This document shows positions 1 to 13,688 of a stretch of DNA of 64,000 nucleotides, piece after piece (the first letter of the stretch is position 1; each line of letters opens with the position of its first letter). The DNA lies in NCBI RefSeq assembly GCF_030144855.1, contig NC_082711.1, positions 70,060,001 to 70,124,000 on the forward strand, read 5' to 3'. The notes below the pieces were generated by a model. The model was given only the letters and a program-made list of their open reading frames with translations, did not search any database and was not told the origin of the DNA. This stretch comes from Hypanus sabinus. Its lineage: Eukaryota. A program made the translations under genes and the position numbers.

Positions 1-2139
1 CCAGGAATGGACATTCCATTCCAGTTGTGGTTAAAGCTACGTTCACCATGATTTCCTTGCTGCTGTACTCTTTGGCTCAGTTTATAAAACCCATCATTTG
101 CCAGATTAGAGTTCAGGTTCAAAGATCTAGCCTGGAAAATTATATGCCAGTTCATTTAATAACTAGCAGTGGAAAATTTGGATGCTTTAATATTTATAAT
201 TATTAAATACCCTTGAGAACCAGCAAGAGAAAATGGCGTACAACAAAGTTGATATTCTTCAACGTGGTTACGGAAATCATGAAGGAAAGTAGTAAATACA
301 TGTCTAAAGCTTTTGTTGTCCACTCTATATATTAGCAATTTTCATAAAATGTGTAATTATGTTACCTCTCAACTTTCTCTTCTGATGGGAAAATGGCAAA
401 TTCAAATAACACAGATTATAATCCAGTCCAAACACACTATTCCAGTGCCCTCTTCTGCACCATGCCAATACTTAAAGTATGCTTTCAGCATTGTGACCAG
501 AACAACAGTGTTGTGATGTACTTGTACCAATGTTCTATGTTCAATTATTCTATTTTTAATATACCCACATCCTAATAACTAATATTCTTGAATAACTGAG
601 CATTATTAGGATAATTTCAATTATCGCCAATCTAGAAGCCAAATCTTGTTTTCATTTCTGGCACGTATTATATCATTTATATTCCTGGATTCTTTTTACC
701 CTCAGCTGAAGCAGTTTAAATTTTACATGGAATTTGGTGACACTGCATTCAAAGTACATTCAGACTCTCCAACAAATTACCTTGCTTTCTATGTGATCTC
801 ACTTCAATTGCAAAATACTCAATGAAAGGCAAGGTCATGATTTTTGCCTTACATCAAATAAGTGCTTTGCCTTGGCTTTCTAGAAATCCAATAAATTTAC
901 TGACAAGACCTCTTTTTAGAACTCCTCAAGAGTTAACATGATTTCTGTGTGACTATTTCTTTCTCTCCTGATGCACTATCTTTCATCAGGGTTTCCCCTA
1001 ATACAATGGATACTTTATTCAGTGATCTGCAGTTTCCTGGATGACATTGGTACTTTCTATTATGCAGGTGTAACCGCCTACCATTCAGCAGTTTTCCATG
1101 ACTCAGTAATTCCTGGAAGATAATGTGCCAGAGTAGCTGCTATTTCCTTCCTCTGTTCTTCAAACATAATCATGGACAGATCTCATTTAACCCTATGATT
1201 AATAATCTCACACAGCTGTCCCAGTAGTAGTACAACATACTTTATCAACACCATGTAATTTCTTTCCAGATCAAACATTCATCTCCATCTCAGTGAATAT
1301 GGAGCCAAACCATTTCTCTAATAGTTCTGCAAACCATAAAACAATGGCCATTAAATCCCAATCCACCCCTCCATTTTCTTCCTCTCTTATATAACTAAAA
1401 TACATAGTATTCAGGAAAAGACACAGGCAATGAGAAATTAAAGTTCAGTTATAAATGAAATCCATTAAAAGATATACATTCACACTTCCCTACACTACCA
1501 CCAGTCAATCCACTACCACCCACTTTCACCCTTGTCCCAAAGCATGGACAGTAATTGTCCGCTCCATGTTGTTGTCATTATGTTAACCACTAGGCTTCCA
1601 TACCCCCTGGTACTACATACTGATGTGTTGATAATTACATTTTTAATAAATGTTTACTTGAAAGATTTTTTTGTAAATGTATCATTGCAGCATAATTTAT
1701 CAAGAACATAGTCGACTGTGTAAATAATGTGGGTCAATATTGTTGGTCGTGCCCTTTGACTTAGGATTGATTATCCAAGAAGATATGTATTGATCTAATT
1801 AAGAAATAACTTTATTTCCCAAAGTGTATCTTTCAAGTTTACATCTATACACAAAGGCTAACATTAGGTCTTCACATTGACTGAATTTGTATTGGGAGTA
1901 ATTTTTTTAAAGACATAATGAATTCTTTAGCAATAATTTAATCCTTAATTCTTTGGTCTCCAGAACTTTCTTTAAAGCCTTAGCATTACTTCTGCCACTC
2001 AGAGAACTGCATTTGCCTTTCTGCCTTCCTTATCACAAATTTCAGTTTAACTATTTTTGGAAAGGCTCAAGCTCTGTTATAGTAATCTTCTGGTTTGTAC
2101 TCATGAGAAGTAAGAAATTACTCACAAAATCACAAGAAA

Positions 2140-3060
2140 ATAGGAGCAAGAGTTGGTCAGCAGGCCACTCACACCTGCTGTGCCATTCCATACAATATGG
2201 CTAGCCCCAACCTTCATAACCCTCAATTCTTCAGTCTTTCAAATATTTATCTACCTCCACCTTTAGTATATCTAATAATCTAGCCTCCACTTCCCTCTTG
2301 AAAGAAGTAATTTCCACACATCTCTGTCTTGAATGACTGACCCCATATTTTGTAGCTATGTGCTCCTCAACTCATAACATCTTCCAGGAGAAGGATATTT
2401 TATGTTTGAATAACATCCCTCCTCTAAATTCCATTGAATACAGGCCCAAATTTTCTAGCCTCTCTTGATAAGCCAACTTTCTCATTCCAGGAATTTGTTG
2501 GGTACTGCCTCACCTCTAATGCTGTTCTATCCTTTTTTATAGAAGGGGAACAAAATCATGCATAATATTCCAGATGTAGCCTCCCCAACACCATGTACAA
2601 CTATAACAAAACCTCCTTATCTTAAGCTTCAAGCTTCTTCATTATAACTGTCAATGCATCTTTTGTCATCTTAACTACTTGTAATCCTATGAGTTACCTC
2701 TGCATTAGAACAGCTAGGTGCCTCTGAATTTCAATCAATTGTAGTCTCCATTTAGAACCATTTTACCGTTCTCATGCTTCCACACATTGAACTGCATTTC
2801 CTATGTCTGCTCAAGGTAGACTGCTGCAGAATCACAATGATCTCATCACAACATGCCCATCTATCTACTTTCATATGATCCGCAATCTTGGAAACCTTAT
2901 ACTCCATTTCCTCCTCCAGGCCAACAGACGGGCCAAGAACCAAGCTGTTGAGAACTCCGCTAGCTACATCCCTGCAACACGAAACTGGCCCATTTACTCC
3001 AACTCTGCTTTCCAATTGGAAGCTCGTTTTCCATCTATGCCAATACACTTCCTCCAAATG
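2140..3060 (-). mobile_element. Degenerate CR1 LINE, RT C-terminal half plus 3' end
   Basis: Minus ORF 2752-3057 has VASGVLNSLVLGP...KVSKIADHMKV, a decayed form of CR1 VTSGVPQGSVLGP...ISKFADDTKL. A CR1-type 3' UTR lies near 2140-2250. Boundaries approximate. Confidence 0.7.
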
Positions 3061-4299
3061 AGCTGTTTCACAAAGACAGGATCTGTAAAGAGGTGAGAAA
3101 AATCAGCAATGAGGGTTGCATGATAGTTGAGGAACACCATCAGAAACATTAAAAGGAGACCAAAACTTTCAAAGCCAACTAACATATTGTCCAAAGACAG
3201 TTAAGTGCTCTGAGTTGGAGTGAGTACATGAGGTAGGAAATGAGAATCTGATTGGCATAAAAATAAGATTCATAGTTGGTGCAACATACAGAAACAAACA
3301 ATTTTTTCCATTTAAGACAAATATGCATAAACCTGTAGTTTTGATGGCATGTGGTGAAAACAGAATGGCACACAAGGACAAACGATGAAAGTAAATACTC
3401 ATTCAACATCTTGATATGAATGGAATCTTGTTATGCAAGACAACAAGATTCCACTGAAGATACTTGATAAGACATGGAAGAGGCCATCTAATATTTCTAT
3501 TCAGTTCAGTAAAATTATATGTCTATATACAAATTGCCAGTTTCATTCAGACTCAGTAAATCAGTCCATAGAAGCCAAGAAATCAAAAATTAAAAAATTT
3601 CAAAATTGTCATGCTTTTATGATAAATCTTATAATAGGTTAACCCATTACTTTCAAGGTATGGTATTGTTAAAGACAATTTGCAAAATTCGAATGCTACT
3701 CTACCTTTGTGCCTTGCAAGCTCTCCAAGGTAAACACTGACAGAAATTGGTGTGTGCGCAGATTGCAGAAGATATTGAACAGGTCTGTGCAGTTCTCTCA
3801 CACATAACTTAATAAACCTCACCCATGCACACAGAGATACTCACACATAAACAGTCGCACAGGAAGATCAAGCAATAAAAAAGACTTGTAGCCTGTTGGA
3901 AATTGCTATCGTCTTTCTCCAGATGCCTAGATAATGGATGACAAGTATACACATATTGCTGGTCAGGCAGTCAGAATGCAAAGTACAAGTTTTAGTTACC
4001 TTAAAATAAGTTTAAGATGTAGAAATTACACAACAGAAGTTCACAGGAGTATTGTTTTGCCCTTTTCTAGCTCAAAGTATTGTGCAATGATTTGATCGGT
4101 ACGAATCGTATGCAAGACAAGTTTTTCATTCTATCTCGGTACATGTGACAATAATAAACCAATTCCAATTTGATTCTTCACAGACAAAGCAAATGATTCT
4201 ACCTTAAACAATTATTTTGTTTATTGGTACTTTTGGTGTTCCTAACATGCAGCTTGTAAGTTTCCTGAATGAAACTGTGTCTCCTCTTTTAGCTCCCTA

Positions 4300-4426
4300 G
4301 ATAATCAAGGGATATGGGGAGAAGGCAGGAACAGGGTACTGATTGTGGATGATCAGCCATTATTACATCGAATGGCAGTGCTGGCTCGAAGGGCCAAAAG
4401 GCCTACTCCTGCACCTATTGTCTATG
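4300..4426 (+). mobile_element. CR1 3' end fragment
   Basis: AAGGGATATGGGGAGAAGGCAGGAACAGGGTACTG...CCTACTCCTGCACCTATTGTCTATG is close to the reverse complement of 56420-56540. Confidence 0.8.
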
Positions 4427-6668
4427 AAATGGAGAATAAAGGCAATTTTAACCTCCACATTTTAAACAGCGCTTTGTTACAGTAATCCATAGTTAATCTT
4501 TCAATTTCAGCTTTTCCTAAAACTATGTATTATTCCTCCTGCTGACATTCATCTACTCTTCCATAAAAACACTGCTCCCTGCCTAACCACATCCTGTGCG
4601 AAAAGCATTCTGTACTAAACAAAGTTCAGTATAAACATATTTTTACCCTCACTTTCACTATCTCAAATTACAAACAGATGAAGTCAATACCCAGAGAGCC
4701 TATATAATACTCTTATCGTGTAACTTCTGCAGAAGTTGCACCACAATCCAAATGCTTCCTTCCAGCCACCCATACTACCTCCTGGGAAAGACTAACAAAG
4801 ACAGCACTTCCAAGCCAGCTTTGGGCATCATTCTGGGAAATGTGCCATGAGCCTCATTGAGCTACTACAATTCCAGAAAAACCCAGTGGCTAAGTCTGCA
4901 ATCTCTACAATGGACAAAGATCCTGCACACACATTTTAAGGGTGGTACTTCCCACTCTCATCCATTTCTTTTTTGAACATCTTAGCTGTCAAAAACATTA
5001 AGCGAAAATAAGAACCTTCCACCAGCTAACCCACTGCAATGCTAAAATTATTTATACTCCCTGGTCCTTAGGCTATCTACCTCAAACCACGGACATTCCC
5101 GGACCAAGAAGGCATTAGATAATTCACCTTGAAATCTGTACTCTCAAATTAAGTCTGATTAAATTGTTTAGTGCTTGATTAATCAAGTTCTTGTTGACTT
5201 GGTTTATTTAATGGCAATTTCCTGGCCTTCATGAATGCTTCCATAATTCAAAAGGATGTCAATTCAGTGTATACCCACAGTATACACTGTCAGAGGTCTC
5301 ATTTTGGGTTGAAGTTGTTCAAAAGAGAAACAATCTGTTGCAGAGCTAGAAATTAAAAAGCTCACTGAGACTTTTGGAAATAGTTTTCTATTTCTTTCAA
5401 ACCCCACCAAAGAAACAGACTGGCATAGATTTCACTGGCACAAATGCAGTGCCTGTAATTGCTACTCGTGCAAATTTCCCCAGTCTAGCTTACTAACTTG
5501 GAGTTTCTTTGCAGCTCAGCAATAAAGCACCAATGAACAATGGCATCTTGGATAATGGCTGGCAAGCCCTAACTTCACCTTTGTTAGCAGTCAAACCCAT
5601 TGAGTCTTTGAGTGCTTTTAAATGAAAGGACTATTAAAATGCAATATATTAAAACATTTAACATAAAAACAGAAGTAATTAAACAAGTAAACATTGAATA
5701 ATTTAAAGTTACTTTCTCCTTGTGTTATCATCCTCACTGGCCCAAAATCTCCAGTAAAGTTAATGGGTACATTGATCTTGCTCCTGTAGTTCAGGGTCTA
5801 TGAAACTATTCCACTACACAAATGCTGGGAAATCTCAATCAAAAATGGCACTCAGCTACCAGTCTCTATTTGCAGCCCAGTGACAGAAAGTACTGACAGA
5901 TCCAATGCCATCTATCAGTGACTTGACCTACCGGCACCTGCTAGCAAACCCCAGGCAAATAGCTGATCAGACATCTCGTAACTTGAATGCTGGGTCTGCA
6001 TATCAACTGCCAAATTCACTCTGAGAAATCAGTGGGGTGATTTCATAGTAATGTTTCCTTAAAGCATTTAGTGTTTCCGACAGCTTTATTCACCCTTCCA
6101 AAACAACCTTCACATGACTGGAATTGGCTACGTAATAAACTGCTTTATCACAGTCTAACCCCACGCTGATTACAGTACTTGAGCAGCTTTTCAAATGGTC
6201 TTCAAATCATTATTCAGACTACACAAAATCTGCTGTCTAATCATATCCCAGTATAGATTATACTAGATTAAAATTAGGGTAAAGTTCTTTTGAGCTTATT
6301 AGTTATCCTTATTGGCACTTGTACTTGTTATAATTGGATGTATTTCTGACAACGTCACATAAAGTTATAAAAGCTGACCAAACAAACATTTAGATCATTA
6401 ACACTGGTTTATTATAAAAATGGATTTGAGTGTTTCAGTTCAGTATTTTGGTATGATTCAAATTGAAGGCAAATGCAGAAGACGGTGTCTTCTGCTTTAT
6501 ATACAGAATATTACATTGTAACAAAATATACAACATTCACAAGAGGATGTTCAAAGATCCTTAGCAAGCCTATTAGTTCATAAAGGAGAAAATCCATTTA
6601 TTGCAAGCTTTATCACAGGTACTTGCTTATTCAACCTCAGGGATGATTAACAATCAAGAAAAATTTCT

Positions 6669-7695
6669 TTTTTTAATTAATTTTTTATGCATTTCTACAA
6701 AACAACGAGAAACCCAACTACAAATGAAGATTAATACAGTGCAAAATAAGCGTATCAGATATATAATTCATAACAATAAGGAAACAGCACCCAGAATAAA
6801 ATCATATAAAGTTAGTATCACCCCACCCTCCTCCTATAAAACTCCAGAACAACCATTACATTATGTAAAATAAATTAATCGGAGCATTCGACCCCACATA
6901 GCTGTAAATATAATTTTTAAAAAATTATAATGCCTACTACCAAAACTATAATGTAATTCCCATCAAAAAATCATAAAACTTAGAGAGAGAAGAAAAGCTG
7001 AAAGTAAGGGATTAAAAAGAATAAGCTTAAACTAAAGAGGAGTTATGAAAGTATTCGAGAAAAGGTCCCTGACAATCTTCTACTTTTTGTATCAAAGCTG
7101 TCCACTTCCTTACTCCCAATGCTTTTACTTCTTGATCAATTCAGCCAGCTTTTCTAGTTATAAACTTAATTTACATCAGAGTGAACTCCTCCCAATTAAT
7201 AGAGAAGCACAAGCATTAGTATTTCATGACCTCCCTTTTAAAGTAGTTAATAATCAATTTACTTATCTTGGTATTACAGTAACAAGGAACTTCAAGAATC
7301 TTTTACAAGAAAATTTTGCTAATCTTTTAAATTCTACAAAACAGAGTTTGACACAATGGTCACCCTTATCTATGTCTCTGGTAGGTCAAATTAATGTCAT
7401 TAAAATGTATATCCTTCCTAAATTTTTATACTTATTTCAGTCTTTACCAATTTTTATTTCTAAAGCTTTTTTTTTGATTTGTTAGATTCTATCATTTTGT
7501 CCTATCTATGGAAGGGCAAATGTTTTAGACTTAACAAAGCTTACCTTCAAAAATCTAAAAAAGGATATGGTATGGCTTTGCCTAACTTCCGTTTATATTA
7601 TTGGGCAGCCAATATGCGCTGTCTTACTTTTTGGTCCTTTTTTCCACAATCAGTCTGACTGTCCAAAATGGGGGGCAAGGGAGTTGAACTCTACT
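6669..7695 (-). mobile_element. 5'-truncated, 5'-inverted L1-clade LINE insertion
   Basis: 6669-7070 is the L1 3' end on minus (ORF2 C-terminus GPFLEYFH and an A-rich tail). 7071-7695 is ORF2 post-RT on plus (YKLNLHQSE...FTYLGI...INVIKMYILPKFLYLFQSLP...YYWAAN). Flanking direct repeat AAGAAAAATTTCT (6656-6668) / AAGGAAAATTTCT (7696-7708). Confidence 0.8.
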
Positions 7696-9399
7696 AAGGA
7701 AAATTTCTAATGCAGTTTGAAACATACAAGGTCACAGATAAAGTTTGCAATAGTAAAATATTCAAAACTGAATACAGATAATCTGACAGTTTGGTTTTGT
7801 GTCCTCCTGTATCTAGAGCACCGGATTGATGACTTTCGACTGGAATCAATTAAGTATTTTTAAAAGGCACAGGTTTATAAACATTGCACAGTATTTTGAG
7901 AAAAGACTATAATATATGTTGTGATTTTTGAAACAAAGATGCACAACATATAGAAAATGTTTAATCCTTTTGGATATGTCATCACTACTTGGACAGTCCC
8001 AGCTGAGATGTGGAAAACCCCATGAGAACGATGCTGCTAAAGTTCTATTTGTTAGTAGCAATTAGATATTGCACAGTCTTTAAATTTATCCGGGCAGATA
8101 ACTGCATAAATTTGTTTGCAGATATCATGTAATAATTGGAAAAATAGGTCTTGGAACACATACTGTCCTATCAGTTTATCTTGGGTTTGTGCCCAATCTG
8201 TTTCCTGGACATTAATTTCCAATAAAAGGTAAACAGAAACAGTTTGGAATTAAATGCAGTATTTGCTGAGATTGCCCATTTCAGAACATGCCTCAAAAAC
8301 TATAAAGGCTATAGTTTGATGAACTATGGTTGAAATGAATTTTCTTACAATCAAATGACAATTGGATAACAACAGAAATAATTGCTCAAGTACTATAAAG
8401 GAAATAAATGATCAATATTATTTGAGAGGAGAATCTGATTGGAAACTTTTGCAAGGAAGTTCAAGAAAGCAAGAAATAGATTTCACGAAGTATATCAACT
8501 TCCAACATTTTGTATGTAATTGTCATGCTTACTATGACAACTCAAGAAAACAATCCAATGCAGTTTAGTTCTGGAATACTGTGAAACAAAATTAGAGAAC
8601 ATAAAACAGGCATATAGAAAATGGCATAAAGAATTTGTAGTACAGTATACATATTGGCCATCTCCCCTCCCCACTCTCAGTCTTAATGCAGGGCTTAAAT
8701 CTGAAGTGTTGACAGTTCTTCCTGTCCTACCACAGATGCTGCTTGACATGCTGGATTTCTCTTTCAGATATTTTGTTGGTCCTGATTCTAGATTCTGCAG
8801 TCTCTTGTGTCTCCAAGTATAGAAAAAAAAGTCCAGTGCCTCAAAAGGTACAAGAACCAGTGGATAACAGTCAGGGTAATACCTTTATCATTGTTGGTGT
8901 TGGGCTTTATTGGTACATGTGGTGTTTTAAGAAATTAAACAGGTCTTAAAGCAATTGAGACTCCTTCACAAGCTCTGACATGTGTCAACATGTCACGCAT
9001 AGTAAATGGGACCTGGGAGCAGTTGCTGGAATACTTACAGCTTACCATTGTTGTCAGTGATTGCTTGGGGTAGAATTGCTACCTGTGAGGCTAGGGGAGT
9101 TCACTGGCAAGTGTTGAGGGAGGGATGTTTTGACATAGCAGGTTTTCTTGGGGGCTGTGAAATGGTTGCTTGTGCACGAATGGTTCAGGTCACCTGAACG
9201 AATACGGTTTTCCAGATTTGAACACTGTGCATAATAATGTTCTCAGGGATAGTTGCTATTTGCTTTTTGCAGTGTATATTAATGACATACCCTGGGTTGC
9301 AATGATAATTTCTAAATTTGTGGATGATATAAAACTTAACACTAATGGGAATGCAAGCTGGATTGCAATGGCCAGACTTGAAAGTTTCTCTTACTCTCT

Positions 9400-9656
9400 T
9401 CCCCCATTCCACACTCTGGACTTTTACCTCTTCTCACTTGCCTATCACCTCCCTCTGGGTCTCCTCCTCATTTTTTTTCCTATGGTCCATTCTCCTCTCC
9501 AAACAGATTTCTTCTTCTCCAGCCCTTTACCCTTCCCACCTACTTGGCTTCACCTATCACCTTCCAGCTGGCCTTATTTCCCACCCCATCTACTATTTAT
9601 CCACTCCCTTAGAAGCTGCCTGATCTGCTGAGTTCTTCCAGCATTTTGTGTGTGTT
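9400..9656 (+). mobile_element. Penelope-like element 3' fragment
   Basis: Pyrimidine-rich segment ending GCTGCCTGATCTGCTGAGTTCTTCCAGCATTTTGTGTGTGTT, homologous to the tail at 45105-45150. Confidence 0.65.
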
Positions 9657-10219
9657 ACAATGGACAGCAGCAAAATGTATTCACACAGGTAGAAAGAGCA
9701 GGTGGATGGCAGATGATGTGGTAACAGGGCTAATTTCTGTGCTGTACAAATGCATTACACACTGAAAACCACTCTGACAAAAGGGTCTATCACAAAGGTC
9801 AACAACTCTTATATTTCCCCCACCCACTCACTCACCCCCCCCCAACAGATGCTGCCTGATTTGCTAAGCGTTTCCATCTCCTGTTTTATTTAGCTGCAAA
9901 TCCAGATATCAACAGCTAGTTCATTATACAGGATTCACAATGTAGCCTGATTTTGTTTTCATTTAACATTCATAAATGTGCACTGCTCTGAAAGGATTTG
10001 ATAGGAAGAATCACTGACTTCTCCCCTTCCCTCTGCCAGTTTTAATTATCTATAATTGACACTTCACTGAGATTAGATACATTAACTATGAAAAGGAAAT
10101 GAATCTGTATCTTACTGGTATCAGTGGCTCACTGATATGTGGTATTTATTTCCAAATCAGCCAATACATTCATTCATGCCCCAGATGACTTTGTACAAGC
10201 AGGTGGCTGTGGATTGACC

Positions 10220-10552
10220 TTAAAGATTTACATAATTATAGGGGCATAGATAATCAGAGTCTTTTCCCCAGGGTGGAAGTGTCAAATACTAGAGGCCATC
10301 GCTTTAAGGTGAGAGGGGAGAATGTAAAGGAGAAATAAGGAGCAGATTCCACAAAGGGTGAAAGTTTATAGGTAACAAGCTGCCAACGGAGGTGGAAGAG
10401 GCAAGTACAATTACAACATTTAAATGTCATCTGGACATGTATGAAGTGATGAAAGGCTGATGAGGAAAAAAAAAATTATTCAGTGTCAAGAGGCATTGTG
10501 GTTGCCACAGGCAAGTTAGGCCTAAGAGCCTGTTTCTGTGCTGTACAATTCA
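10220..10552 (+). mobile_element. CR1 3' fragment
   Basis: ACTAGAGGCCATCGCTTTAAGGTGAGAGGG (TRGH-FKVRG motif) followed by a CR1-type tail CCTGTTTCTGTGCTGTA. Confidence 0.7.
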
Positions 10553-11445
10553 TGATTAATAGAAACAATATATATAGATTGAAAGATGAAACCAAAAATA
10601 GAAATATAAACAAAACCAATCTTGACAGCACTGTGGTAGAATCATAATTCTGCTGTTATTATTTTTCAGCCTAGATGCATATAGATCTATACATATTGAG
10701 ACATCCACAATAAGCGTTCAAAGCCATCAGTTTAAATGTTCGAACTACGTTTTAAGCATATTACATATTTCACACATCATGTCTGAAATTAATTATCTAA
10801 TGCACCCTGAAGATTATTTTCTGGGTCACAAAATAACTTAGCTCTTTATTCATGTACCGAGACAGCTTATTAACTAAATTACTGGCAGCTTTACACAAAT
10901 ACCTCAATAAACAACTTGTACTGTTTATAAAAAATGAAGGGAAATGCTCTTGAAAACATCTGTCTCTCAATAATAAGCTCGAAGTTGGCATGTACCTTTG
11001 TAAAACAGCTGCATCCCTGTTATATTGGAAACCCATCTTTATGTGGGTACCTGAATTAATTGTCTGAGCCTCTCTCCAATCTGCAAATATTAACTTCAGT
11101 TTAGTACAGCAATCACATCTACTTCAAATGTAAAATACTTCAGCTCTTTTCATTGAAGGTCATTTGACCTAAAGTAAAATATTAACTTTTTCAGTTTTCA
11201 CAGATACTGTCTGACCTGCCGAGAATTACTAGAATTTTCTGTTTATGAGCCATACCCAGCTGTCTAATTCCTCTGAAGTGCATGGCAGAATAATTCCGAA
11301 AATAAATCAGTAATGAGTATTTTGAACTGTTACACTTGAAGTTTGAATCATTCTGCTAGCAGAATTGTAATGGTAATGAAATAGTTACAATTCAATCACC
11401 CCATTTTAACAATGGCAAGCAGAATGATTGTCACTGAATGACTTA

Positions 11446-12334
11446 GGCTATATCCACACAAGACCGGATAATTTTGAAAACGCCAGTTTTGCGTAAAAAC
11501 GATAGGCATCCACGCTATGCGTTTTTAAAAATATCTCCGTCCACATTGAAACGGAGATTTTGGTGAATATCCTCCTCCTGTGCATGCGCAGGACACATCT
11601 AGCAAAAACAAGCGACATGTTTGGTGTCGAATCTCGCCGTGAAAGTGCGCGTTTGTGTAGCTACAGACTAGAAAAACTTAAAACAACGGACAGCTGTTGG
11701 CTCTCGTGCAGGAGAACTCAAAAGTAAAAAGAAATACCGAAGCATACGGAAGCAACCAACAGGGAGTTCACGGACAGATTGACCCGGCTGACGACAAACA
11801 TTGAAAAACTGACCAGCTCTGTTGCATTAATAAAGCACCTTGTTAAATATATAAAACACGCCTGCATCAGTGTTATCTTGTATTTCCGTACAATGTTACA
11901 TTAGGCTGTTACACATCTATTGTCAGAGAAGTACTTGTATAAATAGGTAAACCACCTTCATATGAGCAAGGACAGAAAACAGAGCAAAGTGAGTATACTT
12001 ATTTATTCAGTAAGTTATGGGTCAAAGTATTTGGTGAGTACATTTCTAACTCTTCTGGCATCAGTCTTGTTGCCGTCTGTTCTGAAATTGTTAGGTTGCG
12101 TTCAAGAAAACAATGAAATAGCGCACTGCTGTCTGACAGCGTTTTCAGATTTCTCCGGTTACCCTGTCCACACTGATCTAACCAATCCTGCATTTTCAAA
12201 ATTACACACTTTGGAGAGTGTTTCTGAAAAGCTCCGGTTTTGGGGGACAAAAACGCCATTTCAGTGTGGACGGAGGGTAAAAATGAAGAGAAAAAGCTTG
12301 GGTTATGGATTTATCCAGTGTAGTGTGGACGTAG
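11446..12334 (+). mobile_element. Non-autonomous PIF/Harbinger-like DNA transposon, copy 1 (about 890 bp)
   Basis: TIR GGCTATATCCACAC...GTGTGGACGTAG (terminal CC missing), flanked by TTA and TAA. Homologous along its length to the reverse complement of 60810-61679. Confidence 0.75.
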
Positions 12335-13129
12335 TAACAAATAGAAGCAGAACAAGGGAGTGGTGGTTAGATTAAACCGACAAGCTGAAAATGAAACCTT
12401 CATAGAGTACATTGAACTCTTCCATGAATTACATTCCTGTTCAGTAAGGTATAAATCATTCTTCTCATCGACCGAAGTACTGTACAACTACTGCACTTTA
12501 AACATTGCAGACCTAGTGTTAAAACACTGCAAACTTACTTTGTCCTGACATCTTCCAGCCAATAATCTTATTGCAATTTATCATAGTTCATTTATCAATA
12601 TGACTCATGGCTCTATTGATGAATAGTACCCAAATGATTTTCACATGAATAATGTGCAATAATTACTGATACAAATACACTGTATCATAGTCCACTTCAC
12701 AAAACACTAATATGCGTACTTGTGCTGAAGAAAGATTTCCAAGATCATGATGCTTTGTATATATAGTTTGGAAAGGTCAAAGACTATTTTTATCAGGAGC
12801 TGTAACTAGTTTGTATTTGTATATATTACACACAGAGTAGTAAAATCTATAGAAAAAATAAGCCAGGAACAGTGAATGATGGCTGGCATTAAAAACATCA
12901 AATTAATTGAGTTAATACTTAATTCAATAAACAAAGACATCTGTTTTGAAATAAAATAAAATGTCTGAAGACAACAATTGTACCTTGGAGTTTGTCTGCT
13001 AACAAGTATGGCCACAGATTGTTGTAAGGCTCAACAATCTTCTGTATGGAAGATCATTTAGAAGCAAGTAGAAAAAAAAGCTTTTGGAGCAATATTTTAG
13101 CTAATATAATTGTCGCAGTCACAGTCAAC

Positions 13130-13490
13130 ATCTGATCAAAAATCATATTTAATATCACACATATGTCGTGAAATTTGTTGTTTTGCAGCAATAGTAAATG
13201 GCAATATATAAATAATAAAAATACTTAAATAAGCAGTGCAAAAACAGAACAAAAACAGCGAGGAAGTGTTCATGGGTTCATTGGCCATTCAGAAATTTGC
13301 TGATGCAGGGGAAGAAACTGTTCCTGAAACATTAAATCTTCAGGCTCCTGCACTACTACCTTGATAGTAGCAATGAGAAGAGGGCATGTCCTGTGTGATG
13401 AAGGTCCCTAATGATTGATGTCCTCTTTTTAAAGACATCGCCTTTTGTAAGTGTTCTTAATGCTGGGGAGGCTAGTGCCCATGACAGAGC
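13130..13490 (-). mobile_element. Rex1/Babar-like LINE 3' fragment
   Basis: Reverse complement resembles the Rex1-type 3' regions at 16280-16870 and 61763-62548. Confidence 0.55.
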
Positions 13491-13688
13491 TTGTGTAAAT
13501 ATTTGTAATATCCTTACTAACTACAGTATGACTGGATAATAGTGATTTAGATAATCAGTGCTAAATTTTCAGCTAATGGATGTCACCACTATCATAACAT
13601 GGGGTGGTTGTGGGGCAGGCGGCAGGAGGGTGGTTGGGATTTCAAAAAGCTGTGCAGTAGGGTTTTATTTTTAAAACGCATGCACTTT

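Noticed and set aside
7045-7485. 146-aa ORF as a host gene
   Set aside because: It is an L1 ORF2 fragment spanning the inversion junction.
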